This document shows positions 1 to 7,674 of a stretch of 64,000 bases of DNA, piece by piece. Location of the stretch: the NCBI GenBank assembly GCA_964507275.1, contig CAZDPG010000001.1, positions 188,061 through 252,060 of the forward strand, read 5' to 3'. The DNA comes from an uncultured Candidatus Saccharibacteria bacterium. GTDB taxonomy: Bacteria; Patescibacteriota; Minisyncoccia; Phycocordibacterales; Phycocordibacteraceae. How positions within the stretch are numbered: the first letter of the stretch is position 1; each line of letters starts with the position of its first letter. The notes under the pieces are model-generated. The model saw nothing but the letters and a program-made list of their open reading frames with translations. It had not been told where the DNA came from and did not search any database. The position numbers were made by a program, and so were the translations under genes.

Positions 1-1767
1 ACTGACGCTACGGATGTGAACTTCACCTTCGGCTCTTCCTTCATCCTGCAAAAGAATGTTTCGGCAACCGTAGATATATACGCAGATGCCAAAACGACAA
101 CAGGAGCCGCATTCAGTAATAACGACACGGCAACAGTCTCTATCGGTCAGGGTTCGGCAAATGGTCAGGGCCAAGTCACGCTATCTACCATTGATGTACC
201 TACCTCGGCGGTTGTGGCTAACACAATAACAATTTCTGCCTCCTCACTTACATCAGCAAAATATTCAGGATACAGCAATCAGACCACGATTGCAGGCACA
301 AATAATGCCAGACTCGGCTCATTTACTCTTTCAACAGGTTCCATGGAAAGCGTGAATGTGAATACAATTACAGTAGCTCTTTCTGCAGACGAGTCTGCAA
401 CCATTACGGATCTCATGTTGAAGGACAACGCAACTGGCACGCAGATAGGCACGACAAAGGCGACACCTTCTACGAGCAATGCGTTCTCAGTCAACTTCAA
501 TATCGCAGCATCTGGGACGAAGGTTGTCGATGTCTATGGCAACATAAAGTCTGGTGCAAATGTTGGTCAATGGATTGCGACTGTTGTTGATGTGTCCGGG
601 ACAGGATCTGTGACTGGCAGTGCCATTAGTGGTGCAACTGCGACTGATCTTCAAACAATTACTATTGGTTCGGCTATTCTCACGGCTACAGTCGGAACAT
701 CGCCTGATAATGCGAATGTTATTGCAGGCTCTAGCATGGTAAAGGTCGGTTCGTTTGACTTCGCCGCGCAGTATTCTGGTTACACAATCGATAAGATTAA
801 GGTGAAGATTTCTGCGAACGCTGCGACTGCGGTCTCCTCAATTACCTTGAGATATCCGAATGCCAACGGTGTATCAACGGATACAGTGCAGTCTATTGTC
901 GGTTCCTCGGGCAGTCAGTCGCACGCAACGTCGACATTCACCGGCCTTACATTCTATGTCCCATCGGGCACAACAAAGAAGCTTGATGTGTACGTGAATT
1001 TGAGCACTATCCAGAACGATGGTGATTCGGGGAAGTCCGTATCGGTTGTGCTTGATGCTGACGAAGGGTTCCGAGCAACTGATTCTTCTGGCTCAACGAA
1101 GACATTACTTGCAAATTCTGATATTGCTTCAAATGATACAAGTGGAAAGGGTACGATGTATGTGAGGAAGTCCATTCCGACTCTTTCTGCGGTCGCACTT
1201 GATACCTCTACACTCTCTAATGGATCAAATAAGGTTCTTGGGCGTATGAAAATTACGGCAGATGCAGCCGGAGATATAAGTTGGAATAAACTTGTCTTTA
1301 CTGTTAATAAGACAGCAGCTCTGACTCTTGGAGCAACATCAACTATCGCACTCTGGCAGGGCCCAAGTCAGATCGCAGGCATCTTTGCCACAACAACTGG
1401 AAGCCACGAGGCACAGTTACAAGCGTTCACGACTTCGGCAACAAGTGGCGCGCTGGTATTCGTTCCAACGAGTGAACAGCAAGTATCTGCAGGTACATCA
1501 ATCACTTATGAGCTTCGTGGAACGGTTGGTGGTATCTCATCTGCCGGAGGATATTCATTTGATGTTTCAATTTGGAATCTTTCTACTTCCGCGACGACAG
1601 GTACGGCTTCAGAGATTGGCGTCACAGCAGTTATCGACCCGTCATTCACTTGGTCTGACAGGTCGTCTGTCGCTCTAGTTCATTCCCTGACGACCTCCGA
1701 CTGGACCAACGATTATCTCGTGAGAACTCTGCCTCTTACCGTCGGCAATCTCTCGGTATCGATCTAA
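1..1767 (+). CDS. Ser/Thr/Gly/Ala-rich secreted/surface repeat protein, 5' partial (open to window start)
   Basis: The reading frame is open from nt 1, and the first Met is at 16. Composition is extremely S/T/G/A-rich and beta-strand-like, with internal module repeats (e.g. SAKYSGYSNQT... near res 80 and AAQYSGYTIDK... near res 250). No catalytic motif. Typical of a surface/S-layer-like protein. Confidence 0.6.
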   Translation, partial: TDATDVNFTFGSSFILQKNVSATVDIYADAKTTTGAAFSNNDTATVSIGQGSANGQGQVTLSTIDVPTSAVVANTITISASSLTSAKYSGYSNQTTIAGTNNARLGSFTLSTGSMESVNVNTITVALSADESATITDLMLKDNATGTQIGTTKATPSTSNAFSVNFNIAASGTKVVDVYGNIKSGANVGQWIATVVDVSGTGSVTGSAISGATATDLQTITIGSAILTATVGTSPDNANVIAGSSMVKVGSFDFAAQYSGYTIDKIKVKISANAATAVSSITLRYPNANGVSTDTVQSIVGSSGSQSHATSTFTGLTFYVPSGTTKKLDVYVNLSTIQNDGDSGKSVSVVLDADEGFRATDSSGSTKTLLANSDIASNDTSGKGTMYVRKSIPTLSAVALDTSTLSNGSNKVLGRMKITADAAGDISWNKLVFTVNKTAALTLGATSTIALWQGPSQIAGIFATTTGSHEAQLQAFTTSATSGALVFVPTSEQQVSAGTSITYELRGTVGGISSAGGYSFDVSIWNLSTSATTGTASEIGVTAVIDPSFTWSDRSSVALVHSLTTSDWTNDYLVRTLPLTVGNLSVSI

Positions 1768-3026
1768 TGCATATGTATCGGCACAGACTTCTTATCGTCG
1801 TCGTAATCATTGGGTTGGTGGCTTTACCGTCTTTGGCTCTCGCCGCACCTGGTATTCCTGCGCAGTTTTATGGAACTGTGCAAAATGGATCAGGAACAGC
1901 ATCATCGGGTTTAACTGTTAATGCCCTCATAAACGGAATTGTGATTGCCACGACGACTACTCAGAGCGACGGTAGTTATGGCTCGTCACCGAATCTTCTT
2001 ATCATCTCAGACGCGAACGGGACGCTCGCAGGGACTACTATCACATTCAAAGTGAACGGTGTTGCCGTATCTCAGACAGCAACATTTGCAAACGCGTTGC
2101 TCACTCATCTCGACCTCGCCATCTCTAGTTCTGCTCAGGTACTTAGTGAAAACATAACCGTCAGTACAAGCCGTCCAGAGATTTTAGTTGGTACGAGCAA
2201 CATCACTAGCTCTACAATCACAATCCCTAGTAGTGTGACCAATGCAACGATCAACATATCTGCGATTACAACGAATACCGCGAATAGCACTACAGCGACT
2301 ATTCAGGCTCCAATGACTATTAACGCTTCTACGGCTATTGGGGCCGTGAATGTAGAAATACCAGCCGGCCTCCAAATAACGGCTGGTACTCCAACGTGGA
2401 ACGGAGTCATTAATGTTCCGCAGATAAAGGAAAATTCTACTGTTACGGCCACGCCAGACAGTGGGAATACAGCCGCTGTTTCTTCTGTTATTGAAATTGG
2501 CTATGGCGATACGAAATTAACCTTTAGTAAGGCTGTGCGAATAAAAATAGCCGGTCAGGCGGGCAAATATGTTGGGTATTCACGCGGTGGAGTGTTCACT
2601 ACAATTACAAATGTCTGCGGTGCTGATTCTCAAACAACTGGTGATGCTCTGTCCGCGGAAGGAGACTGTAAGATTAGTGTCGGTTCGGACATGATCATTT
2701 GGACCAAGCATTTTACGAATTTCGTCACATACACACAGACATCTATTCCTGCTTCAACACCTGCTCCATCAGGCGGTGGTGGTGGAGGGGGCGGAGGAGG
2801 AGGCTCGATAGCTACTACTGCTACGATAACTACCGCCACAACGACATTAAATGTAGTCAAAAAGGCAGATGTTAATATTGACGGTAAGGTGGACTTCTTA
2901 GACTTCAATTCGCTCATGGTGCATTGGGGTCAGTCGGGGGCGAGTGTTACCGGAGACTTTAATAGCGATAATATTGTGGATTTCCTCGACTTTAATATGC
3001 TTATGGTTAACTGGACTAAAATATGA
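1767..3026 (+). CDS. Secreted dockerin-containing protein (N-terminal signal peptide, CarboxypepD_reg-like beta-sandwich, Gly11 linker, C-terminal type-I dockerin)
   Basis: Signal peptide LLIVVVIIGLVALPSLALAAPG. The GTVQNGSGTASSGLTVN...SDGSYG segment resembles carboxypeptidase-regulatory-like domains. The C-terminus carries two Ca-binding dockerin repeats, DVNIDGKVDFLD and DFNSDNIVDFLD. A run of 11 Gly precedes the dockerin. Confidence 0.75.
   Translation: MHMYRHRLLIVVVIIGLVALPSLALAAPGIPAQFYGTVQNGSGTASSGLTVNALINGIVIATTTTQSDGSYGSSPNLLIISDANGTLAGTTITFKVNGVAVSQTATFANALLTHLDLAISSSAQVLSENITVSTSRPEILVGTSNITSSTITIPSSVTNATINISAITTNTANSTTATIQAPMTINASTAIGAVNVEIPAGLQITAGTPTWNGVINVPQIKENSTVTATPDSGNTAAVSSVIEIGYGDTKLTFSKAVRIKIAGQAGKYVGYSRGGVFTTITNVCGADSQTTGDALSAEGDCKISVGSDMIIWTKHFTNFVTYTQTSIPASTPAPSGGGGGGGGGGGSIATTATITTATTTLNVVKKADVNIDGKVDFLDFNSLMVHWGQSGASVTGDFNSDNIVDFLDFNMLMVNWTKI
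2772..2804 (+). repeat. (GGN)11 simple repeat encoding an 11-glycine linker
   Basis: ggc ggt ggt ggt gga ggg ggc gga gga gga ggc, in frame with the 1767 ORF. Confidence 0.8.
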
Positions 3027-3775
3027 AAAACTATATGAAAATTATCTCGGTTCTTGGTGTTTTCGCTCTGCTCACCCCGATGAGTGCGTTGGCGGCAAGC
3101 GTCTCACTATCACCGACAACGATGTCGATACACACGGGAGACACATTTAGCGTGTCTGTCACAGCAGACCCTGCTTCAACCAAACTCTATAGTGTCCGCG
3201 CCAATGTCTCTTTTGATCCGTCACTGGTTGAAATCACAAACTTCTCTTTTGCCAGTGCTTGGATGTCAATTGCACAGCCTGGCTACGATTCAGTCGACAA
3301 TTCAAACGGTATTCTCATCAAGGCGGCTGGTTATCCTGGCGGATTCGCTTCTGCGACGAAGCTCGGCACGATTACGTTCAAGGCAATCAAGACAGGTACG
3401 GCAACAATAAACAGTACGAATAGCTCGCTTCTTCTAGACGCGGTGAGTAAGAATCAAATTAGTGGTACACAAGGGAGTATCTCAGTCTCTATCACTTCAG
3501 CACCGACAATGTCCGTGAAGACGACACCTAAACCGACTACTGTTTCTCCAGCAAAAGCGAAAACACCTGTAGTCACATCTGTCGTCGAACCTATTGCGGA
3601 AGCGACCTCAACCACATCGACCACGATTGCTACAAGTTCACTGTTGGCTGCTGTTAACGGAGCTATCACATTCGGGACCGGAAGCCCGATTGTCTCCGCA
3701 ATACTTTCCGCTGTTGTGGTGCTTCTAGTTATCTACGGTCTCTATTACTACCGTTACTACCGCCGTAACTGGTAA
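3023..3775 (+). CDS. Membrane-anchored cohesin-domain protein (signal peptide, cohesin domain, S/T-rich stalk, C-terminal TM anchor)
   Basis: Signal peptide MKIISVLGVFALLTPMSALA. The FSVSVTADP...VSFDPSLVEI...GILIKAAGYPGGFASATKLGTITFKAIKTGTATIN block matches the cohesin fold pattern (..fDP.vLEi.. / G.fa.i.Fka.k.G). The C-terminus has a hydrophobic helix followed by YYRYYRRNW. The start overlaps the stop of the upstream dockerin gene (ATGA). Confidence 0.7.
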   Translation: MKNYMKIISVLGVFALLTPMSALAASVSLSPTTMSIHTGDTFSVSVTADPASTKLYSVRANVSFDPSLVEITNFSFASAWMSIAQPGYDSVDNSNGILIKAAGYPGGFASATKLGTITFKAIKTGTATINSTNSSLLLDAVSKNQISGTQGSISVSITSAPTMSVKTTPKPTTVSPAKAKTPVVTSVVEPIAEATSTTSTTIATSSLLAAVNGAITFGTGSPIVSAILSAVVVLLVIYGLYYYRYYRRNW

Positions 3776-3908
3776 TCTCTTCTGGGCGCAAAAGCTTTTT
3801 GCTCTCAGAAGTGGTAAATGGATTGAGGAAGACTTTTTGGAAACCTTTTCTATCTGACTCCCATTACGTGTATTTGACAAAGCTAGATTTTAAGCAGACC
3901 CTATAGGT

Positions 3909-5147
3909 ATGACAGCTCTCAAGAAAGGAGAGTATTTGAAACGCGAAACCGCGACTAAGGAGGTCTATTATTATTTAGATGAAAAAGAGGGAGTGGACGT
4001 GCTCAGTCGTGAAGTATTTAAAAAGAAACCCCTTGAAATCCATTACCCTTTCGGGCGTCAAGGACAACCTAAGTATCCATTCGTTCGTAGCGTCGAATTC
4101 CACGGCATATCACCCAACATTATTGGCGGGGTGTTCACAGCAACAAATTTTGGCCTTGGTTTTACGAAGAATTTAAATCCTGCTATTTACCAACTTGAGC
4201 ACTTCCCGCGCGTTAACAAGATTCTGATTTCCAGAACACTTCTTTCAAAGATTGACGGGGATAAGGCTATCTTCAATACTGCCGACCTGGAAAGTATTTT
4301 CCAATGGATAAAACCTCTTAAAGACTCGCAATCTGCTGAGCTTAAGAAGGTGGCCAATAATGCTCTTGCAAAAGTATTTCCCAGCAAATTTAAAGCTCAA
4401 AGCGATAGGTATACCAAGGGATTATTGAGTTTGTTTATAAAAAATAAAGAAATAACCTCGGAGAAACTTTCCAAAGAAGATGTTGGCAATGCTCTTAAGC
4501 TAATTCCCGATCATATAACTGAAGAAAGTCTATTTTATAAAACGGAAGAAAAGATCAATTTTATACGATTAAGTGCTGTGAAGAAGAAGTTTAAGAAATT
4601 GGTTGACCAGAAAACTGATAGCAGACAGCTTGAAGAACGGTGCCAAAAATTCTTTGCCGAAAATAATTGGATATTCTCCAACATACTTTCTGTACCTGTG
4701 GCATTTATGGCAGGGAAAGCCTATGTAGGAGGAAAGACGATCGAGAACAAGTCTGGTAAAGAGGCAGATTTTCTTTACAAAAATAACTTGACACAAAATG
4801 TCTTTGTAATTGAAATTAAGACCCCAAAGAAGAAAATAATTGACGCAAAGAAGCCGTATCGAAAACCAGATGTTTTTCCCTTAGGTAAAGAATTAACTGG
4901 AGGACTTGTTCAACTTCTCGATCAACGAGATTCCTTACAGAAAGAATTCTTTACTCTTGCAAAAGGAGGCGAATTTAAATCGTTCAATCCTAAGGGTTTG
5001 CTAGTGATAGGACGAATCAAAGACTTATCCAAACAGCAACTAAAATCTTTTGAACTTTTTCGTAGTAATTTACGGGATATCGAAATAATTACCTATGATG
5101 AATTGTTGGAGCGGACTGATTTGATACTTAAACAATTTGTAAAATAG
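3909..5147 (+). CDS. Shedu-like anti-phage defence protein: variable N-terminal domain plus C-terminal DUF4263 (SduA-type) PD-(D/E)xK nuclease domain
   Basis: The C-terminal half follows the DUF4263 pattern: ...NNWIF... D287 (EADFLY) ... VIEIKTP (E302-x-K304) ... GLVQLLDQ ... LLVIGR ... IEIITYDELL at the C-terminus. AT-rich codon usage. No SD; a TATAGG sits just upstream of the ATG. Confidence 0.55.
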   Translation: MTALKKGEYLKRETATKEVYYYLDEKEGVDVLSREVFKKKPLEIHYPFGRQGQPKYPFVRSVEFHGISPNIIGGVFTATNFGLGFTKNLNPAIYQLEHFPRVNKILISRTLLSKIDGDKAIFNTADLESIFQWIKPLKDSQSAELKKVANNALAKVFPSKFKAQSDRYTKGLLSLFIKNKEITSEKLSKEDVGNALKLIPDHITEESLFYKTEEKINFIRLSAVKKKFKKLVDQKTDSRQLEERCQKFFAENNWIFSNILSVPVAFMAGKAYVGGKTIENKSGKEADFLYKNNLTQNVFVIEIKTPKKKIIDAKKPYRKPDVFPLGKELTGGLVQLLDQRDSLQKEFFTLAKGGEFKSFNPKGLLVIGRIKDLSKQQLKSFELFRSNLRDIEIITYDELLERTDLILKQFVK

Positions 5148-5172
5148 GGTGCCGAAGAAATAATATCCGCAT

Positions 5173-5574
5173 ATGAACGATATACATATCAAATATAAGG
5201 AGAAACCACCTGACGAATTGATTCTCCAGTTTGAGAAACGTATCGATTACTACCTTTCAGGAATTGGAGCCAAGACCAAAGTAATTCTATACGAACACTC
5301 GTTTGATATGCACTCATTCATAAACGGCGTGGAGATGGATATTGAGAGACACTGGATTAACCACTTTCTCGTTTCCACTCCCGAAATTGCAAATTTCGAG
5401 GTACGGATGTTTGAGTCCGGTATTGGAAGTAATTGGAGAGAAACAGCATGGTATGAAGCGCACGAGATCCAAAACCGACTCTATACTCATATCGGAAGAA
5501 ATGCAGGGCATCCACAAGACGGCGATCCTTACTGGCAACTTTGGGAAAAACTAAAGGAAGACGAAGGCCGATGA
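5173..5574 (+). CDS. Hypothetical 133-aa protein, tightly linked (26 nt) downstream of the Shedu-like gene
   Basis: Clean AT-rich ORF with the same strand and composition as the upstream gene. No recognisable motif. A plausible operon partner. Confidence 0.45.
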   Translation: MNDIHIKYKEKPPDELILQFEKRIDYYLSGIGAKTKVILYEHSFDMHSFINGVEMDIERHWINHFLVSTPEIANFEVRMFESGIGSNWRETAWYEAHEIQNRLYTHIGRNAGHPQDGDPYWQLWEKLKEDEGR

Positions 5575-5609
5575 ACCAAAAGCACACCTCATCAAATATA
5601 AAACGCGTC

Positions 5610-5852
5610 TCAAGGAATAAAATTGACTGCGTTTTGTGCCGCTTCTTCTTGTGCAGGTTGTATCTGCTCACCCCAGCAAACTGCAACATCCCAGCGAATC
5701 GGCCAATGGAAGATACAGCTTGTAACAAAACTCCACAAAAATACAACGATAAATGTTGATACAAAAACAACAGCGGCAAATACCCACTGAAATTTCTCAA
5801 AATCCGTCATTTTCTTAGAACGGCTATATCGATATTTTTTATATCTCGCCAT
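5610..5852 (-). CDS. Small predicted membrane protein (80 aa, one TM helix)
   Basis: Hydrophobic segment WVFAAVVFVSTFIVVFLWSFV. Starts 3 nt after the stop of the DUF3761 gene on the same strand. Confidence 0.3.
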   Translation of the reverse strand: MARYKKYRYSRSKKMTDFEKFQWVFAAVVFVSTFIVVFLWSFVTSCIFHWPIRWDVAVCWGEQIQPAQEEAAQNAVNFIP

Positions 5853-5855
5853 ACC

Positions 5856-6278
5856 TTAGAGCCATTCTGCTACTCCTCCATGGTGGGAACAGGTGCCTCG
5901 TCTGTTCTGGCTGAAACTGCAAGTACCATCTCTGCACTCGGCTGAGGCTCCTATCGATGAGCAGCTAGAGGGCGAATACGCTGGAGAGTGAACCTGCTTT
6001 CCATCTACGTTCGTGTAGTAGTTATCGTTGGATAAGGCAGAAGCAGAAGGCTGTGGCTGGGTTATCTGCTTTACGGGAGCAGGCGCGGAAACTTGCTGGC
6101 TGGGCACCACGGGCTGTACAGAGGGTAACTTGGCTTCTACGGCCGCCGCAGGCTGTACAGGAGATTGTTGTGTAGGATCAGCCGAAATGGCGCTACCTAT
6201 GACTAGAGAGGCCACCAATACAAGCGGGATCAAATACCTCTTTTTCTTATACCAAGGCCGTGCTGAAATCGGCTCCAT
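5856..6278 (-). CDS. Membrane-anchored DUF3761-domain protein (N-terminal TM, Pro/Gln-rich linker, C-terminal CRDGTCS...RRGTCSHHGGV motif)
   Basis: The C-terminus ...SAECRDGTCSFSQNRRGTCSHHGGVAEWL matches the DUF3761 signature (GxCSxHGGV). N-terminal TM helix LIPLVLVASLVIGSAI. Confidence 0.55.
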   Translation of the reverse strand: MEPISARPWYKKKRYLIPLVLVASLVIGSAISADPTQQSPVQPAAAVEAKLPSVQPVVPSQQVSAPAPVKQITQPQPSASALSNDNYYTNVDGKQVHSPAYSPSSCSSIGASAECRDGTCSFSQNRRGTCSHHGGVAEWL

Positions 6279-6312
6279 GGCCGCACCCTACTCTTTCGTC
6301 TATAATTAGCAA

Positions 6313-6810
6313 ATGGGGAAAATTGTTCTACTGAGTGGAATTCCTGCGTCAGGGAAATCCACACATGGTAAGTGGTTAGAGACAGAGATGGGCTGTGTCT
6401 ATTGGGACTTAGAACACGAAACACTGGAAGAAGCTGGGACAAGGGCTGGATTGTATCTAGGTACAAATGCCGACCTTGGAAGTTTGCTGGCGGTGGCGAA
6501 GAGAATATCTAAGACCATTGTCATTGACTGGGGATTCCCACCCGACGTATGTCTCAATACCGTCCGATGGCTTTCTGAAAACGGAGTAGAAATCTGGTGG
6601 TTCGACGGAGACCGAGAGGCAGCAAGAATTTCGTTCTTAAGAAGAAGTCCAGAGCTTGAACAGGCACTAGATATACAAATGGAGAAGATAGTAAGATTTG
6701 ATACTGAGATAAAAGACCTATTTGAGGATCATCAAATAAACTCGGTTACGCTTGGCCCTAAATATTTATCACACAAGAAAATCTACAAAACATTGTTTCC
6801 AGAGAACTAA
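6313..6810 (+). CDS. Small P-loop NTPase / AAA_33-like kinase-fold protein
   Basis: Walker A GIPASGKST at residues 9-17. A hhhhD Walker B-like TIVIDWGF. 165 aa, AT-rich. Confidence 0.6.
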   Translation: MGKIVLLSGIPASGKSTHGKWLETEMGCVYWDLEHETLEEAGTRAGLYLGTNADLGSLLAVAKRISKTIVIDWGFPPDVCLNTVRWLSENGVEIWWFDGDREAARISFLRRSPELEQALDIQMEKIVRFDTEIKDLFEDHQINSVTLGPKYLSHKKIYKTLFPEN

Positions 6811-6896
6811 AGCCTCTGTAGTTGAGGGAGGTTGAAGAATTCAAACGTTTTAGATACATCCAAAGTTCGGAACTCGTACCACCGTGCGAGCAAAAT

Positions 6897-6925
6897 GAAA
6901 AAGCGCCACAAGGGCGTTTTTTCAT
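6897..6925. terminator. Short GC hairpin with flanking A-run/T-run, a putative bidirectional intrinsic terminator between convergent genes
   Basis: aaaaa-GCGCC-acaa-GGGCG-tttttt, sited between the + gene ending at 6810 and the - gene ending at 6952. Confidence 0.4.
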
Positions 6926-6951
6926 TTCTATACCAAACAGCGGCGCTGACT

Positions 6952-7245
6952 TTACTTTCCCTCCATCAGTCTTTTGAAACCTAGGGCGAGCAATATGAGA
7001 CCGAGAAGAAAGATGAAATGGTGTGTGGTCTCCAGAGTAGACGCGCTCATAGCCAGTACATCAGGGTCAACCGTCTCGATGATTTGAGAAAAGCCGATAA
7101 CCACGATGCCGTATCCAATCTTGGTTAAAGACTCACCTATAAGCCCGCCATATCCTTTTAATTTGAAGAGGATCCATAGTGCCAAAAACACTATTACTAG
7201 ATCCAATAGTATTGTCATGATTTCCATTGCAATATTGTAATCCAT
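6952..7245 (-). CDS. Small membrane protein (97 aa, ~3 TM helices)
   Basis: Hydrophobic helices ILLDLVIVFLALWILF, IGYGIVVIGFSQII and FIFLLGLILLALGF. AT-rich. Confidence 0.4.
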   Translation of the reverse strand: MDYNIAMEIMTILLDLVIVFLALWILFKLKGYGGLIGESLTKIGYGIVVIGFSQIIETVDPDVLAMSASTLETTHHFIFLLGLILLALGFKRLMEGK

Positions 7246-7363
7246 TTATAGAGATATACACGAAGCAAACTCGAACATCCCCAGGAAATTTAAAGCAGGG
7301 CATATTTCAGCAGCTTCCGCACCTTGATAAAGGGGGGCAGGATATCCGTGATATCATGAAGCT

Positions 7364-7672
7364 ATGAGTGAGAAACCAGGGATGAAGCGCAGTGGCGCAT
7401 TCGAATCGTATTTAGGGCATGTGCAACACGAGGCCCGGATGGATACTCCCGAAACGAGGAAGGAACACGCTCTGCGACTGCTCGCAGAGGTTCACGAAGA
7501 CTTGAGTGAGGAGAAGGGCACCCTTTCGCGAGAGGAGGTGGCCGCACTCCTCGCGAAGCTTGATATCGCGGAGGAGGCGACAGGCGATTTCTTCATAAAG
7601 GCCTCAGCGCAGACATACCGGAACGATATCTTTGAACGCTATCCAGAGAGCAAGCCGGAATCAAGAGAGTAA
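7364..7672 (+). CDS. Hypothetical acidic 102-aa protein
   Basis: ORF ending 3 nt before the HD-domain gene. High-GC codon usage with a periodic third-position GC bias. Confidence 0.4.
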   Translation: MSEKPGMKRSGAFESYLGHVQHEARMDTPETRKEHALRLLAEVHEDLSEEKGTLSREEVAALLAKLDIAEEATGDFFIKASAQTYRNDIFERYPESKPESRE

Positions 7673-7674
7673 CT

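Larger units (their letters stand above)
3776..7330. other. Low-GC (~40% vs ~58% backbone) accessory island, likely horizontally acquired; defence-type content
   Basis: Base composition drops abruptly after the cohesin gene stop and recovers at ~7.33 kb. All six ORFs inside are AT-rich and of non-housekeeping function. No integrase and no flanking direct repeats were recognised. Confidence 0.5.

Noticed and set aside
3874-3907. TTGACA hexamer upstream of the Shedu-like gene as its -35 box
   Set aside because: No acceptably spaced -10 exists. The only TATA-like element (TATAGG at 3902-3907) is 22 nt away and abuts the ATG. It could be a leaderless arrangement with a different -35, but this cannot be supported confidently by eye.
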